From an uncultured Alphaproteobacteria bacterium (lineage in GTDB: Bacteria; Pseudomonadota; Alphaproteobacteria; HIMB59; GCA-002718135): DNA of 64,000 nt. The notes under the pieces are model-generated. The model saw only the letters and a list, made by a program, of their open reading frames with translations. It was not told the DNA's origin and did not search any database. Position 1 is the first letter of the stretch. The number at the start of each line of letters is the position of its first letter. The DNA is taken from positions 13,069 to 77,068 of the forward strand of contig CACGDO010000006.1 of assembly GCA_902571865.1 (NCBI GenBank), written 5' to 3'. The position numbers and the translations under genes are program-made. This document shows positions 1 to 14,807 of this stretch, one piece after another.

Positions 1-459
1 TAATTCAATAACATGTGCATTATATTTTTTCTTCAAAAGAAAAGCATTGCATAATGATTCACCAATATTTCCACCAACAAATGTGTTAATCTTATTTTTT
101 TTTAAAATGTCTCCTATTAATTTGGTTGTTGTTGATTTCCCATTTGTACCAGTTATAGCTATGATTTTTTGATTTTTTAAATTTGAAATATATAGATTTA
201 AGTCTCTATATACTTTTTTAGATATATTTTTTTTTTGAAATTTTTTTTGTCTTAAAGATATACCAGGGCTAACGAAAATTTTTTTAAAATCATTCAAATT
301 ATCTTTCTTAATATTAAAAAAATAATCTTCATTATAATTTTTTTTTATAGCTTTTCTTACTGTTGGATTATCATCCCACATCTTAAATTTTATTTTTTTA
401 GTTTTAAAATAATTTACAATAGAAAGTCCTGATTTTTGAATTCCGTAAATTAAATACAT
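1..459 (-). CDS. murD: UDP-N-acetylmuramoylalanine--D-glutamate ligase, N-terminal part (gene runs off the window start)
   Basis: Not in the ORF track. My translation from the ATG at 459-457 gives MYLIYGIQKSGLSIVNYFKTKKIKFKMWDDNPT...IIAITGTNGKSTTTK (Mur-ligase P-loop). TAATG overlap with the mraY stop. Canonical dcw position after mraY. Confidence 0.8.
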   Translation of the reverse strand, partial: MYLIYGIQKSGLSIVNYFKTKKIKFKMWDDNPTVRKAIKKNYNEDYFFNIKKDNLNDFKKIFVSPGISLRQKKFQKKNISKKVYRDLNLYISNLKNQKIIAITGTNGKSTTTKLIGDILKKNKINTFVGGNIGESLCNAFLLKKKYNAHVIEL

Positions 460-1547
460 TATCTAATTCTTAAAGTTGCAAGACCAATCAAAGCTAATAC
501 AATAGTAATTATCCAAAAACGAATAACTATTGTTGACTCAGGCCATCCCTTTTTTTCAAAATGATGATGTAATGGAGCCATTAAAAAAACTCTTTTTCCT
601 GTCATTTTAAAAATGAATACTTGGATTACTACAGACAGGGTTTCTAGAACAAATAAACCTCCTATTATTGCAAGAAGAATTTCATGTTTACATATTATTG
701 CTATTGAGCCTAAAGATCCTCCTAATGCTAAAGACCCAGTATCACCCATAAAAACTTTAGCAGGTGGTGCGTTAAACCATAGAAACCCTAAAGCAGCTCC
801 AATTAATGAACCACAAAAAACTGCTAACTCACCAGTTCCAGGAATATATTGAATAAGTAAATAATTAGAAAAAACTATATTACCTGAAACATAAGCTATG
901 AAAGCAAAAGACATAGCAACTATCATTACAGGGACAATTGCTAAACCATCAAGTCCATCAGTTAGGTTTACTGCATTAGCCGATCCAATAATTATAAATA
1001 TGGAAATTAGAAAATAAAATATTCCAAAATCTATAATTAAATTTTTAAAGAAAGGAAATGTCATGGATTTGCTTATACTTGGGTCTAAGTTGATAAGAAT
1101 TAAATATGTAATAAAAAATGAAAAAATAATTTGAAATATAATTCTTATTTTTGATGAAATACCCTCACTTGTATTTGATTTTATTTTTTTGTAATCATCC
1201 GCAAAACCAATAGATCCAAAAATTAAAATAGTTAAAAGTAAAATCCATATAAAAATATTTTTTAAATCAGCCCAAATAATCGTAGATATTAAAACACTAA
1301 GAATAATCAATAATCCACCCATTGTAGGGGTACCTTTTTTTGCAATTATATGTGATTCCGGACCGTCATCTCTTATCGGCTGACCAGTTGGTTGAATATA
1401 TGATAATTGATTAATAATATAATTTCCAAATATGAGAGAAAAAAATAATCCAGTAAGTATAGAGGCGCCAGCTCTAAATGTTATATAACTAAAAATATTT
1501 AGAAAACTAAATAAAGATTGGTATTCAAAGGCCAAATATTTAATCAA
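459..1547 (-). CDS. mraY: phospho-N-acetylmuramoyl-pentapeptide transferase
   Basis: 362-aa polytopic membrane protein with NAVNLTDGLDGLA and FMGDTGSLALGG motifs. dcw position. Confidence 0.95.
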   Translation of the reverse strand: MIKYLAFEYQSLFSFLNIFSYITFRAGASILTGLFFSLIFGNYIINQLSYIQPTGQPIRDDGPESHIIAKKGTPTMGGLLIILSVLISTIIWADLKNIFIWILLLTILIFGSIGFADDYKKIKSNTSEGISSKIRIIFQIIFSFFITYLILINLDPSISKSMTFPFFKNLIIDFGIFYFLISIFIIIGSANAVNLTDGLDGLAIVPVMIVAMSFAFIAYVSGNIVFSNYLLIQYIPGTGELAVFCGSLIGAALGFLWFNAPPAKVFMGDTGSLALGGSLGSIAIICKHEILLAIIGGLFVLETLSVVIQVFIFKMTGKRVFLMAPLHHHFEKKGWPESTIVIRFWIITIVLALIGLATLRIR

Positions 1548-2911
1548 ATCGATACCTTCTGTAATAATTTTTTTGCAAACTTATTTAGTTTTGTTGAGTT
1601 AGAACATTTAATTAAAATAATGTCATTATTATGTACTTTCTCTTCTAAAAATCTCATGATTTTATTTGTGTTTTTAAAATAGATAAATTCATTATTTGGA
1701 TTTAAAAAATTTTTTATAGATAATTCAAAGAATTCGCCAGATAAAATTACAAATTTATAAGTAGTGTCATCTAATTGTTTTAGTAATTTATAATGAATTT
1801 TATAAGAATTAATTCCCAATTCATTCATTGTTCCAAGAATTACTATTTTTTTATTATTGTTTACTTTTATATTTTTTAAGTTTTGTACACTCTGCATCAT
1901 TGTATCTGGGTTAGCATTATAAGATTCATCAATAATATTTATTTTTTTCTTATTAAAAGAAATTTTATGAACTAACCCCCTGCCTTCAACTGGTTTTAAA
2001 AACTTGAAACGATTTATAACTGATTTAATATTTAAAGAATTTTCATTATAAAATGCAAGACAAAATAATAAGTTATTTAATCTATGCATTACTACTGTAT
2101 CAGTAATAATATTAATTTGTTTTTTATTAATCGAAAAAGTTACTCTATTAACTTTTTCTAAAGGAGATATTTTTTTAATAAAATATTTTTTTGAAGAATT
2201 ATCAATACGAATTATTTTAAGATTTTTTTCTTTTTTTGCCTTTGTAATTAAAATATTTTCAGATTTAGATGAAACATTTAAATATAGCTTTTGTCTATTA
2301 TTATTATGTTTTGAAATAAATATATCAGCTTTTTCTTTTGCAATATTATTTTTAGATTGGAAATTTTCAAGATGTGTAGATTGTATATTTGTAATAAATA
2401 CCTCTGATGGTCTAACTAAATTACTAAGAAATTTTATCTCACCAAAATTGTTTGTTCCAATCTCGAAAATTGCAAAATTTGACTTTAAGTTTAAATTTAG
2501 TATAGATACTAATACTCCTAACTGATTATTATAACTTTTCTTTGAGTAAGAAATAGTATGATCTTTTTTTAAGAAAAATGCTAAAGTTTCTTTTAAAGTT
2601 GTTTTTCCAGCACTGCCAGTAATACCTATTACTTTACCTTTGTATAAATTTCGTTTTTTTTTTGCTATTTCTATAAGATATTTATAAATATTTTTTACAT
2701 ATAAAATTTTTTTATTCTCTTTAAAATTTTTCTTATCAGTTAAACAAAATCTTGCACCTTTATTTATTGCTTCATTTATGAATTTGTTTCCATGAAATCT
2801 TTTACCTTTTAAAGCAAGGAAGATATCACCACTTTTAATGTCTAGACTTGATATTTGAATTTTATCTTTTCTAGATATAATATATTTCTCTAATTTATTT
2901 AATTCGTTCAT
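1544..2911 (-). CDS. murF: UDP-MurNAc-tripeptide--D-Ala-D-Ala ligase
   Basis: Mur-ligase P-loop GITGSAGKTT. Lies between murE and mraY. 4-nt overlap with mraY. Confidence 0.9.
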   Translation of the reverse strand: MNELNKLEKYIISRKDKIQISSLDIKSGDIFLALKGKRFHGNKFINEAINKGARFCLTDKKNFKENKKILYVKNIYKYLIEIAKKKRNLYKGKVIGITGSAGKTTLKETLAFFLKKDHTISYSKKSYNNQLGVLVSILNLNLKSNFAIFEIGTNNFGEIKFLSNLVRPSEVFITNIQSTHLENFQSKNNIAKEKADIFISKHNNNRQKLYLNVSSKSENILITKAKKEKNLKIIRIDNSSKKYFIKKISPLEKVNRVTFSINKKQINIITDTVVMHRLNNLLFCLAFYNENSLNIKSVINRFKFLKPVEGRGLVHKISFNKKKINIIDESYNANPDTMMQSVQNLKNIKVNNNKKIVILGTMNELGINSYKIHYKLLKQLDDTTYKFVILSGEFFELSIKNFLNPNNEFIYFKNTNKIMRFLEEKVHNNDIILIKCSNSTKLNKFAKKLLQKVSI

Positions 2912-4329
2912 TAATTTAATAATTGTTTCACAACTTTAAAATCATCAAACCTAATTATTTTATTTTTTAAAATTTGAAATTTTTCGTGCCCTTTACCCGC
3001 TACTATTAAAATTTCATTCATTTTTAACTCTTTAATAGCTAATTTAATTGCATTTCTTCTATCTGATATTTCAATAGCTCTAGGACAATACTTTAAAAGA
3101 TTTTTTCTTATTTTAGATGGATTTTCATTTCTAGGATTATCATCTGTTATATAAATTTTACTAGCATATTTATTTGCAATTAATGCCATGGATTTTCGCT
3201 TACTTTTATCTCTATCGCCACCACAACCAAATAAAATTGCTGGTTTCATTTTTTTGATTTTATAAGCAAGTAGTATTTTTTTTAAAGCATCTGGTGTATG
3301 TGCATAATCAATAATAATTTTTGATTTTTTTTTCTTATATTCAATTGTTTCTAAACGGCCAGAGGGATTAGTAACTTTTGATAATACTCTTAAAATTTTA
3401 TTTTGACTAATATTAAGTGCCAAACAGCAAGTAATGGCACATTCTAAATTTTCTAATTCTATATTTGTTTTAAGTTTTAAATTTTCTAATTCATATTTTT
3501 TATTATTGATATTCACATATACAAAATCATTGATTTTTATTAATTTTATACTTTTATTTCCAAAATATTTTAATTTGATATTTTTTTTTATCAATTTTTT
3601 TTTTAATTCTGATGATATTTTTATTCTTGAATTAATTATAGCAAATCCACTATTTTCTAAATGATTAGTAAAAAGTTTAATTTTAGATTTTTTATAATTT
3701 GAGAATGTTTTATGGTAATCAAGATGATCTTTGGTAATATTTGTAATAGCTGCAATATTTATAGGATAATTTCTTAGCCTGTTTTGTTCTAAAGCATGAC
3801 TTGAAGCTTCAAAAATGAAAATATTTTTTTCTTTTTTATTAGAAGAACCATATTTAAAAAGCTCTTCATAAGCAGGAGTTGTTAAATTTAATTCATTTAT
3901 TTTTTTTCCGTTTATAAAATGACCTAAAGTACCAACCGTTGTATTGTTGTATTTTAGTAAATTAAGAATTTTTGAAATATACCAAACAACTGATGTCTTT
4001 CCATTTGTGCCTGTAACTGCTATCGTTTTAAATGGAAAATTATTATAAAGTTTATTTAATAAAAAATAGGTCTCAAAATTAATATTAGATACAACAAATT
4101 GAGGGATTTTTAAATTTTTAATGAATTTATTTGAAATTATAGCAGGAGTTTTATTTTTAAGTACTTGATCTAAATAAATCTTTTTTACCTTTGTATTTTT
4201 ATCATAAACAAACAACGTTTTGTTGTTAGTAAATTTTGAGTTGGAGGTAATTGCAGAGAAATGTTTATTTTTATTAAAATTGTACGTTTTATTTACATTA
4301 ATAACTTTTGATAAATTAGACAGTAGCAT
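2911..4329 (-). CDS. murE: UDP-MurNAc-L-Ala-D-Glu--2,6-diaminopimelate ligase
   Basis: GTNGKTS P-loop and C-terminal DDNPRNE motif typical of MurE. dcw position. Confidence 0.9.
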   Translation of the reverse strand: MLLSNLSKVINVNKTYNFNKNKHFSAITSNSKFTNNKTLFVYDKNTKVKKIYLDQVLKNKTPAIISNKFIKNLKIPQFVVSNINFETYFLLNKLYNNFPFKTIAVTGTNGKTSVVWYISKILNLLKYNNTTVGTLGHFINGKKINELNLTTPAYEELFKYGSSNKKEKNIFIFEASSHALEQNRLRNYPINIAAITNITKDHLDYHKTFSNYKKSKIKLFTNHLENSGFAIINSRIKISSELKKKLIKKNIKLKYFGNKSIKLIKINDFVYVNINNKKYELENLKLKTNIELENLECAITCCLALNISQNKILRVLSKVTNPSGRLETIEYKKKKSKIIIDYAHTPDALKKILLAYKIKKMKPAILFGCGGDRDKSKRKSMALIANKYASKIYITDDNPRNENPSKIRKNLLKYCPRAIEISDRRNAIKLAIKELKMNEILIVAGKGHEKFQILKNKIIRFDDFKVVKQLLN

Positions 4330-5965
4330 TTAATTTTCTATATAAAAAATTTGTGTCTACTTTTAGAAGTTCATCATTTTTATCTTTTGAAATATTAAAG
4401 AGGTTTATAATATTAATAATAATATCTTTTACCAAGGGTGCATTTACTCTTGCTCCAGTCATTCTTTGTTTAGTGCCTTTATCCTTTTTTGGATACTCAA
4501 TAGCAGTGTAAACTACATATTTTGGATTATTTGTTGGGAATATTCCAATAAAGGACGTTAAGTTTCTATCTTTATAATATCCGCCATTTGGATTAAGTAA
4601 TTCTGATGTCCCTGTTTTACCTCCTACAGAATAACCATCTATTTTTACTCTTGGACCAGTGTATTCGGTTTTGAGAACAACGGAATTTAATAAATTGATA
4701 AAGAATTTAGATGATTCTTTATTATTAAAAATTTGTTTCTTTACAAATTGTTTGTTTAATTGAAGCGTAGGAAAAACTTCATTCCCATTATTTGCAAATG
4801 AGGCATAAGCTTTAACTAAATGAAGAGGTGTAATTGCAAATCCATGACCAAAACCAATAGTTGCTGTTTCTAACTTACCCCAATTATTTTTATTTCCTAA
4901 AGGGGCTGAGCTTTCTTTATTTTCTATACTTATTTTTTTATTGAAACCTATTTTTTCAAAAAATTCTTTTTGGTTTTTTTTACCAATTAATGTTGCTATT
5001 TGAGCTGTACCAATATTGGATGATTCAATAATTATTTTTTCAACATCATAAATACCATTATCTTTGTATTTATCATGATCACCAATATTTAAATATTTTT
5101 TTGAAACATCAAAAGTCATCTGAGGATTTAGAATATCTAAATCAAATCCAATAGTTGCAGTTATTGGTTTGAATGTTGATCCCATTTCATAATTAGACTG
5201 AAAAACTCTATTTATTAAATTATAATCATTAAATGAAGATTTGTCCTCAGGATTATAATCAGGGAGACTTACCGATGATAGGATTTGTCCGCTAGTAATA
5301 TCCATAACTATAGCTAAACCTGATTCAGCTTTATAATTATTTATTGTTTTTAAGAGATTTTCTCTAACCAACTGCTGTAAATTAGTATCAATACTAATAG
5401 TTATATCTTGTGATTTTGAGAGTTCATTATCAAAATACCTCTCAATTCCACTCTGTCCATTCTGATCAATATCTACATATCCAAGAATATGCGATAAAGT
5501 ATTCTTATAGGGATATATTCTTTTAAATTCTTTGTGAGCTTTGATATTTATTTCACCTAGATTAATTATTTTTTGATATTCAATTGGAGATATATTTCTT
5601 TTTATCCAAACAAATTTACTTGTTGATATTAATTTTTTCTCTATTTTTTTTATATCTAAATCAAGAATTGATCCCAATTTATTTGATAGATCTTTTTTAT
5701 TTCTTATCTTATGAGGATTAATTGATAATGAGATACTTTCAATTGAGGTAGCAATTATATTTCCATTCCTATCATATATAGTTCCCCTAATATCTTTTTT
5801 TATATAATTAGTAGTATCATCAGTCAAATTAGGAAAGAGCATAATTGATGAGATTCTATAAATAGAAATAAAATAGATAAAGATAAAAATTGTAATTGAA
5901 AAAAAAACTCTTCTATGAAGTAATTTTAATGAATCACTATCAAATAATTTCAGTTTACTTAACAT
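4316..5965 (-). CDS. ftsI: peptidoglycan D,D-transpeptidase (PBP3)
   Basis: N-terminal TM helix. Transpeptidase motifs STFK, SSN and KTGT are all present. dcw position. Confidence 0.9.
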   Translation of the reverse strand: MLSKLKLFDSDSLKLLHRRVFFSITIFIFIYFISIYRISSIMLFPNLTDDTTNYIKKDIRGTIYDRNGNIIATSIESISLSINPHKIRNKKDLSNKLGSILDLDIKKIEKKLISTSKFVWIKRNISPIEYQKIINLGEINIKAHKEFKRIYPYKNTLSHILGYVDIDQNGQSGIERYFDNELSKSQDITISIDTNLQQLVRENLLKTINNYKAESGLAIVMDITSGQILSSVSLPDYNPEDKSSFNDYNLINRVFQSNYEMGSTFKPITATIGFDLDILNPQMTFDVSKKYLNIGDHDKYKDNGIYDVEKIIIESSNIGTAQIATLIGKKNQKEFFEKIGFNKKISIENKESSAPLGNKNNWGKLETATIGFGHGFAITPLHLVKAYASFANNGNEVFPTLQLNKQFVKKQIFNNKESSKFFINLLNSVVLKTEYTGPRVKIDGYSVGGKTGTSELLNPNGGYYKDRNLTSFIGIFPTNNPKYVVYTAIEYPKKDKGTKQRMTGARVNAPLVKDIIINIINLFNISKDKNDELLKVDTNFLYRKLNATV

Positions 5966-5968
5966 TAA

Positions 5969-6283
5969 TTAATTTTTTGAACTAACAAGCTTTATATTTT
6001 TTTCTTGATTTGAAAGTTCTTCTATTTTTACAATAAGAGGAACATTATTGTTTTGTGTTTCATAGAAATATAATTCATATAGTGTTTTTAAATATGAACT
6101 ATTTTGATGGGCAGCTAATTCAATCTTATTAATTTTTAAATTTTCTGAAATTTTAGATATTTTCATTTTCAGATTATGATTATTTTTTTCGATTTCTCTT
6201 GAATGGTTGGCAATAAAAATCATCGAAAAAACCAGTATTAAATTAAGAATTAAAAAAAATATAATTGATCTAGTATACTTCAT
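5969..6283 (-). CDS. ftsL: cell division protein FtsL-like
   Basis: 104 aa with a single N-terminal TM helix and a coiled-coil-like tail. Lies between rsmH and ftsI. The call is positional. Confidence 0.6.
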   Translation of the reverse strand: MKYTRSIIFFLILNLILVFSMIFIANHSREIEKNNHNLKMKISKISENLKINKIELAAHQNSSYLKTLYELYFYETQNNNVPLIVKIEELSNQEKNIKLVSSKN

Positions 6284-6285
6284 GA

Positions 6286-7224
6286 TTAAATTTTCTGAGC
6301 TACCCGAAGTTTTGCTGATCTAGATCTGGGATTTTCTAAAATCTCAGAAGCTGACGGCAATATTGGTTTTTTGGTGATTATTTTAAGTTGAGTTGCCAGT
6401 ATATCAGGTAACTCCGGGTAGTGGCGGGAGGAACGCCATCGTTTACCACTGTTGTGGTTAAAAAAATCTTTCACAATTCTATCTTCTAGACTTTGGAAAG
6501 AAACTACTAAAATTAAACCATCTTTATTTAAAATTTTTAAAGTTTTTTCTAAACTAGTCTTTAGTTCATTTAACTCATCATTCACATAAATTCTAATTGC
6601 CTGAAAAGTTTTTGTTGCTGGATGAATCTTGTTTTTTAATAGATTCTTTTTTGGTAAACATTTTTTAATAATGTTTGATAATTCTATAGTATCATTTATA
6701 AATTTTATTTTTCTATTTTTTACTATTTCTTTTGCAATAACTCTTGAATAACGTTCTTCTCCATATTGATAAATTATATCAGCTAAATTTTTTTCTTCAT
6801 ACTTGTTAATTATGTCATAAGCATTTTTATCTGAAGAACCCATTCGCATGTCAAGTGGTCCAGATTTCTTTAATGAAAAACCTCTTTGCGCATTGTCTAT
6901 TTGATTTGAACTTGTGCCTATATCAAAAAGAATTATGTCAAATTTTTTATTTTTAAAATTTGTATTATTTACTATTTCTTCAATCCTGCTAAATTTATCA
7001 TTTATTAGAGTAAAATTTGAAAATTTAGATTCTATTTCTTTTGCAAATATCTTTGAAATTGGATCCCTGTCTATTGCTAACAATTGATTAACATTAAATT
7101 TTTCAAGTATAGTTTTTGAATAGCCACCGCCACCAAAAGTTGCATCTATTACATTTATTGATTTTGTTAATGGCAGAAAAGATATTATTTCTTTTATCAT
7201 TACTGATTTATGTAAATTTTCCAT
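6286..7224 (-). CDS. rsmH: 16S rRNA (cytosine1402-N4)-methyltransferase
   Basis: HKSVM...DATFGGGGYS...DRD...DIGTSSNQ motifs of MraW/RsmH. Confidence 0.95.
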   Translation of the reverse strand: MENLHKSVMIKEIISFLPLTKSINVIDATFGGGGYSKTILEKFNVNQLLAIDRDPISKIFAKEIESKFSNFTLINDKFSRIEEIVNNTNFKNKKFDIILFDIGTSSNQIDNAQRGFSLKKSGPLDMRMGSSDKNAYDIINKYEEKNLADIIYQYGEERYSRVIAKEIVKNRKIKFINDTIELSNIIKKCLPKKNLLKNKIHPATKTFQAIRIYVNDELNELKTSLEKTLKILNKDGLILVVSFQSLEDRIVKDFFNHNSGKRWRSSRHYPELPDILATQLKIITKKPILPSASEILENPRSRSAKLRVAQKI

Positions 7225-7225
7225 A

Positions 7226-7687
7226 TTATTTTTGTTGTGTTAACATCGTTCGTAATGATTTTTTTTCTTTTAAAAGACGTCTTCTTGAATCTTCAGTATT
7301 TTTTAGACCTTTTTTTGGCTCCCAAATTTGAAAATAATGACCTTGACCAAAAAAGGCAGCTTCAGTTTTAATTTCAGCGTATAATTTTAATTCTTCAGGA
7401 ATTAAAAACCTTCCTTCTTTATCAATATTAGTTGTAATTATTTCTGAAAATATTGATGTTGAAAAATCATCATAATCTTCGGAAAAAAAATCTAAATTAT
7501 TAATTCTTTTTGCAATCTCTTTTAATCTTCCAACACCACAACCTTCAATAGAAGGTGTTTTAATAGATTTGTATAAAATAATTTCATTTCTATTAGCTTT
7601 TGGAAGGATATTTCTAAAACTTGAAGGAAGAGAAACTCTTCCCTTCTTATCTATTTTATTAATATATTTTGATACAAATAAATCCAT
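7226..7687 (-). CDS. mraZ: transcriptional regulator MraZ
   Basis: 153 aa with two DxxGR-type repeats (IDKKGRVSLP and IDKEGRFLIP). First gene of the dcw cluster. Confidence 0.9.
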   Translation of the reverse strand: MDLFVSKYINKIDKKGRVSLPSSFRNILPKANRNEIILYKSIKTPSIEGCGVGRLKEIAKRINNLDFFSEDYDDFSTSIFSEIITTNIDKEGRFLIPEELKLYAEIKTEAAFFGQGHYFQIWEPKKGLKNTEDSRRRLLKEKKSLRTMLTQQK

Positions 7688-7692
7688 TATTT

Positions 7693-7727
7693 ATGGGTTA
7701 TCATGGGAATATATGGGCGTCAATGGG
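7693..7727. promoter_or_regulatory. candidate MraZ operator: four ATGGG(N) direct repeats with exact 10-bp phasing
   Basis: ATGGG occurs at 7693, 7703, 7713 and 7723 on the + strand. The array begins 6 nt upstream of the mraZ start codon. Confidence 0.6.
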
Positions 7728-7738
7728 TATGTGTAATT

Positions 7739-7766
7739 ATGATAAATGTTCTTTGTATGTTCTCAA
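7739..7766 (-). promoter_or_regulatory. candidate sigma-70 promoter for the mraZ/dcw operon
   Basis: Minus-strand TTGAGA (7766-7761), 16-nt spacer, TATCAT (7744-7739). It lies directly upstream of the repeat array. Confidence 0.4.
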
Positions 7767-7775
7767 CAAACAAAC

Positions 7776-8110
7776 AGATGGTGCATAAGCCGGGTTCTGT
7801 AATTTAATAAAAATTGATGATCATTAATCTAGAACAAATGTCACCATTTGTTTCAAGCAGTCTACCCGAACAGCTCAGCTGGAACTGATTGCCATTCCTA
7901 TTTGACCTTGCTCCAAAAAGGGTTTGCAAAGCCTTTTTTGTTACCAAAAAAGCGGTAAGCTCTTACCTTACCTTTTCACCCTTACCTTTACAGGCGGTAT
8001 ATTTTCTGTTGCACTTTCCCTAAGCTTTCACTTGCCAGGTGTTACCTGGTTTTTTTCCCAGTGGAGCCCGGACTTTCCTCTTGATTTCTCAAGCGATCAT
8101 CGCACCATCT
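7776..8110 (-). ncRNA. rnpB: RNase P RNA, bacterial type A
   Basis: The reverse complement contains GAGGAAAGTCCGGGCTCCACTGGG, GGTAAGGGTGAAA, GGTAAGAGC and ACAGAACCCGGCTTATGCACCATCT. A 9-bp P1 helix forms between the 5' AGATGGTGC and the 3' GCACCATCT. The ORF 7924..8112(+) lies inside it. Confidence 0.9.
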
Positions 8111-8129
8111 AATTTTCTATTAAATTCAT

Positions 8130-8876
8130 TTAATTTTTCGTCAACAAAAAATTAAATAGATGTTTGATTAAAGCATTATAAATCAATTTGTTATTTACCT
8201 TATCTTTTTCATTTAAATATCTAAATCCATAAGATTTAATAAGATCATTATATAGTTTAAAATTTTTATTTACTTTACGGGTATCATATCCAATAAAAGA
8301 TAATATAAAAATTATAACCTGTTTTTTTGTTTTAAAGTTATATTTATTGAACCAATGTTCTATTATTTGTTTATCGCTTTTCTTTAAATTTTTAAAATTT
8401 AAAATAATTTGTGATTCAGAAAGTGATTTCCAAGGAAAATTTTTTCCTGGATCTTTTTTTCTAAAAGGGGCAATATCAGAATGTGCTAAAATATTGTTTT
8501 TACAAATTTTATATTTTTTTTGTATTCTAATTATAAGTTTTTGTAATGAAGAAATCATTTTAGATGTAAATTTATTATTCTTTCCCCGTGGGCTGTAATC
8601 GAGCTCTATTCCTATTGAGATTGAATTAATGTCATTATAATCTTGCCAAAAAGCTATTCCAGCATGCCAAGCTCTAAATTTATCATCCACCATTTTGTAG
8701 ACTTTTCCTTTTTGAGAAATTAAGTAATGTGAACTTACTTTCTTTTCTTTTTTGCATAAATGAGAGATAGCCTCTTCAGTATTTTTTAATGCTGTATAAT
8801 GAATTATAATCAGCTTTATTTTTGAATTGTTTCTTGAATTATAATTTGGAGACTTGTATTTTGTTATATATTTCAT
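8130..8876 (-). CDS. ampD: N-acetylmuramoyl-L-alanine amidase (AmpD-like, amidase_2) with a C-terminal extension
   Basis: IIHYTA...SSHYLI...RAWHAG...SIGIEL...AHSDIAPFRKKDPG motifs. Confidence 0.8.
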   Translation of the reverse strand: MKYITKYKSPNYNSRNNSKIKLIIIHYTALKNTEEAISHLCKKEKKVSSHYLISQKGKVYKMVDDKFRAWHAGIAFWQDYNDINSISIGIELDYSPRGKNNKFTSKMISSLQKLIIRIQKKYKICKNNILAHSDIAPFRKKDPGKNFPWKSLSESQIILNFKNLKKSDKQIIEHWFNKYNFKTKKQVIIFILSFIGYDTRKVNKNFKLYNDLIKSYGFRYLNEKDKVNNKLIYNALIKHLFNFLLTKN

Positions 8877-8909
8877 TCAAATTTTAAAATTTAAATATAT
8901 AATTAAAAT

Positions 8910-13942
<5,033 letters not shown>

Positions 13943-14021
13943 TTTTTTGCTATATTAGAGATATATATAATGTAATTTATAAACTATATTAAATAATAGT
14001 TTAGATATTAGTGATTAGTCT

Positions 14022-14807
14022 ATGAGTAAAAAAATTATAATTCTATTTTTTCTGTTTTTCAGTTTACTTTCTTATAAAGTAATTGCTAGTGATGCTGATC
14101 AAGTTAATACTGACTCAGAGGATTTTGATACAACCAAGGTAGAAGATGAAATATATGATCCTTTTGAAACAGTAAATAGAGCTATATTTAGTTTTAATAA
14201 TGTAGCTGATAGAATTGTTTTAGAGCCAATTGCAAAAGGCTACAAAAAATTACCTTCTCCTTTACAAAGTGGAATAAATAATTTTTTAAGCAATTTAAGA
14301 GCTCCCTTGGTTGTTGTTAATCAACTATTACAAGGACAGGGTGAAAACGCTGTTCAATCATCAGGGAGATTTATAGTTAATAGCACAGTAGGTTTATTTG
14401 GGTTAATTGATGTAGCTGAAAAAATTGGACTTGAAGAAAAAGAGGAAGATTATGGTCAAACCCTTGCAACTTGGGGTGTTGGAGATGGTTTTTATATCGT
14501 ACTGCCCCTATTTGGACCTTCAAATCTAAGAGACACATCAGGTATGGTGTTAACTATGTTAACTGATCCAATTAATGCATATGCAGTAAGTGAGGGGGAA
14601 GCTTGGTTAGTACCAATGAGAACGGCAGTTAATGCAATTGATACAAGATCACAAATAATTGATGAAGTTAATGCATTAAGAAATAATTCAGTGGATTACT
14701 ATGCTGCAGTAAGAAGCTCTTACTATCAAAACCGAAAGGCAGCAATTAACAATGTGGATGACTCAGAATTAACCCCTCTACCTCTAATTAGTATTGAATT
14801 TGAATAA
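14022..14807 (+). CDS. mlaA: MlaA/VacJ family lipid-asymmetry protein
   Basis: DPFETVNRAIFSFNN...NFLSNLRAP...NQLLQG signature of VacJ. Confidence 0.85.
   Translation: MSKKIIILFFLFFSLLSYKVIASDADQVNTDSEDFDTTKVEDEIYDPFETVNRAIFSFNNVADRIVLEPIAKGYKKLPSPLQSGINNFLSNLRAPLVVVNQLLQGQGENAVQSSGRFIVNSTVGLFGLIDVAEKIGLEEKEEDYGQTLATWGVGDGFYIVLPLFGPSNLRDTSGMVLTMLTDPINAYAVSEGEAWLVPMRTAVNAIDTRSQIIDEVNALRNNSVDYYAAVRSSYYQNRKAAINNVDDSELTPLPLISIEFE

Noticed and set aside
7924-8112. A 62-aa ORF on the + strand.
   Set aside because: It lies entirely within the RNase P RNA gene on the opposite strand. The conserved RNA motifs explain the sequence.
13990-14012. An AT-rich inverted repeat AAACTAT-attaaat-ATAGTTT in the uvrD/mlaA divergent region, considered as an SOS/LexA-type operator.
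   Set aside because: It does not match the alphaproteobacterial GTTC-N7-GTTC or the gammaproteobacterial CTG-N10-CAG LexA boxes. A 7-bp AT-only inverted repeat is expected by chance in DNA of this composition.
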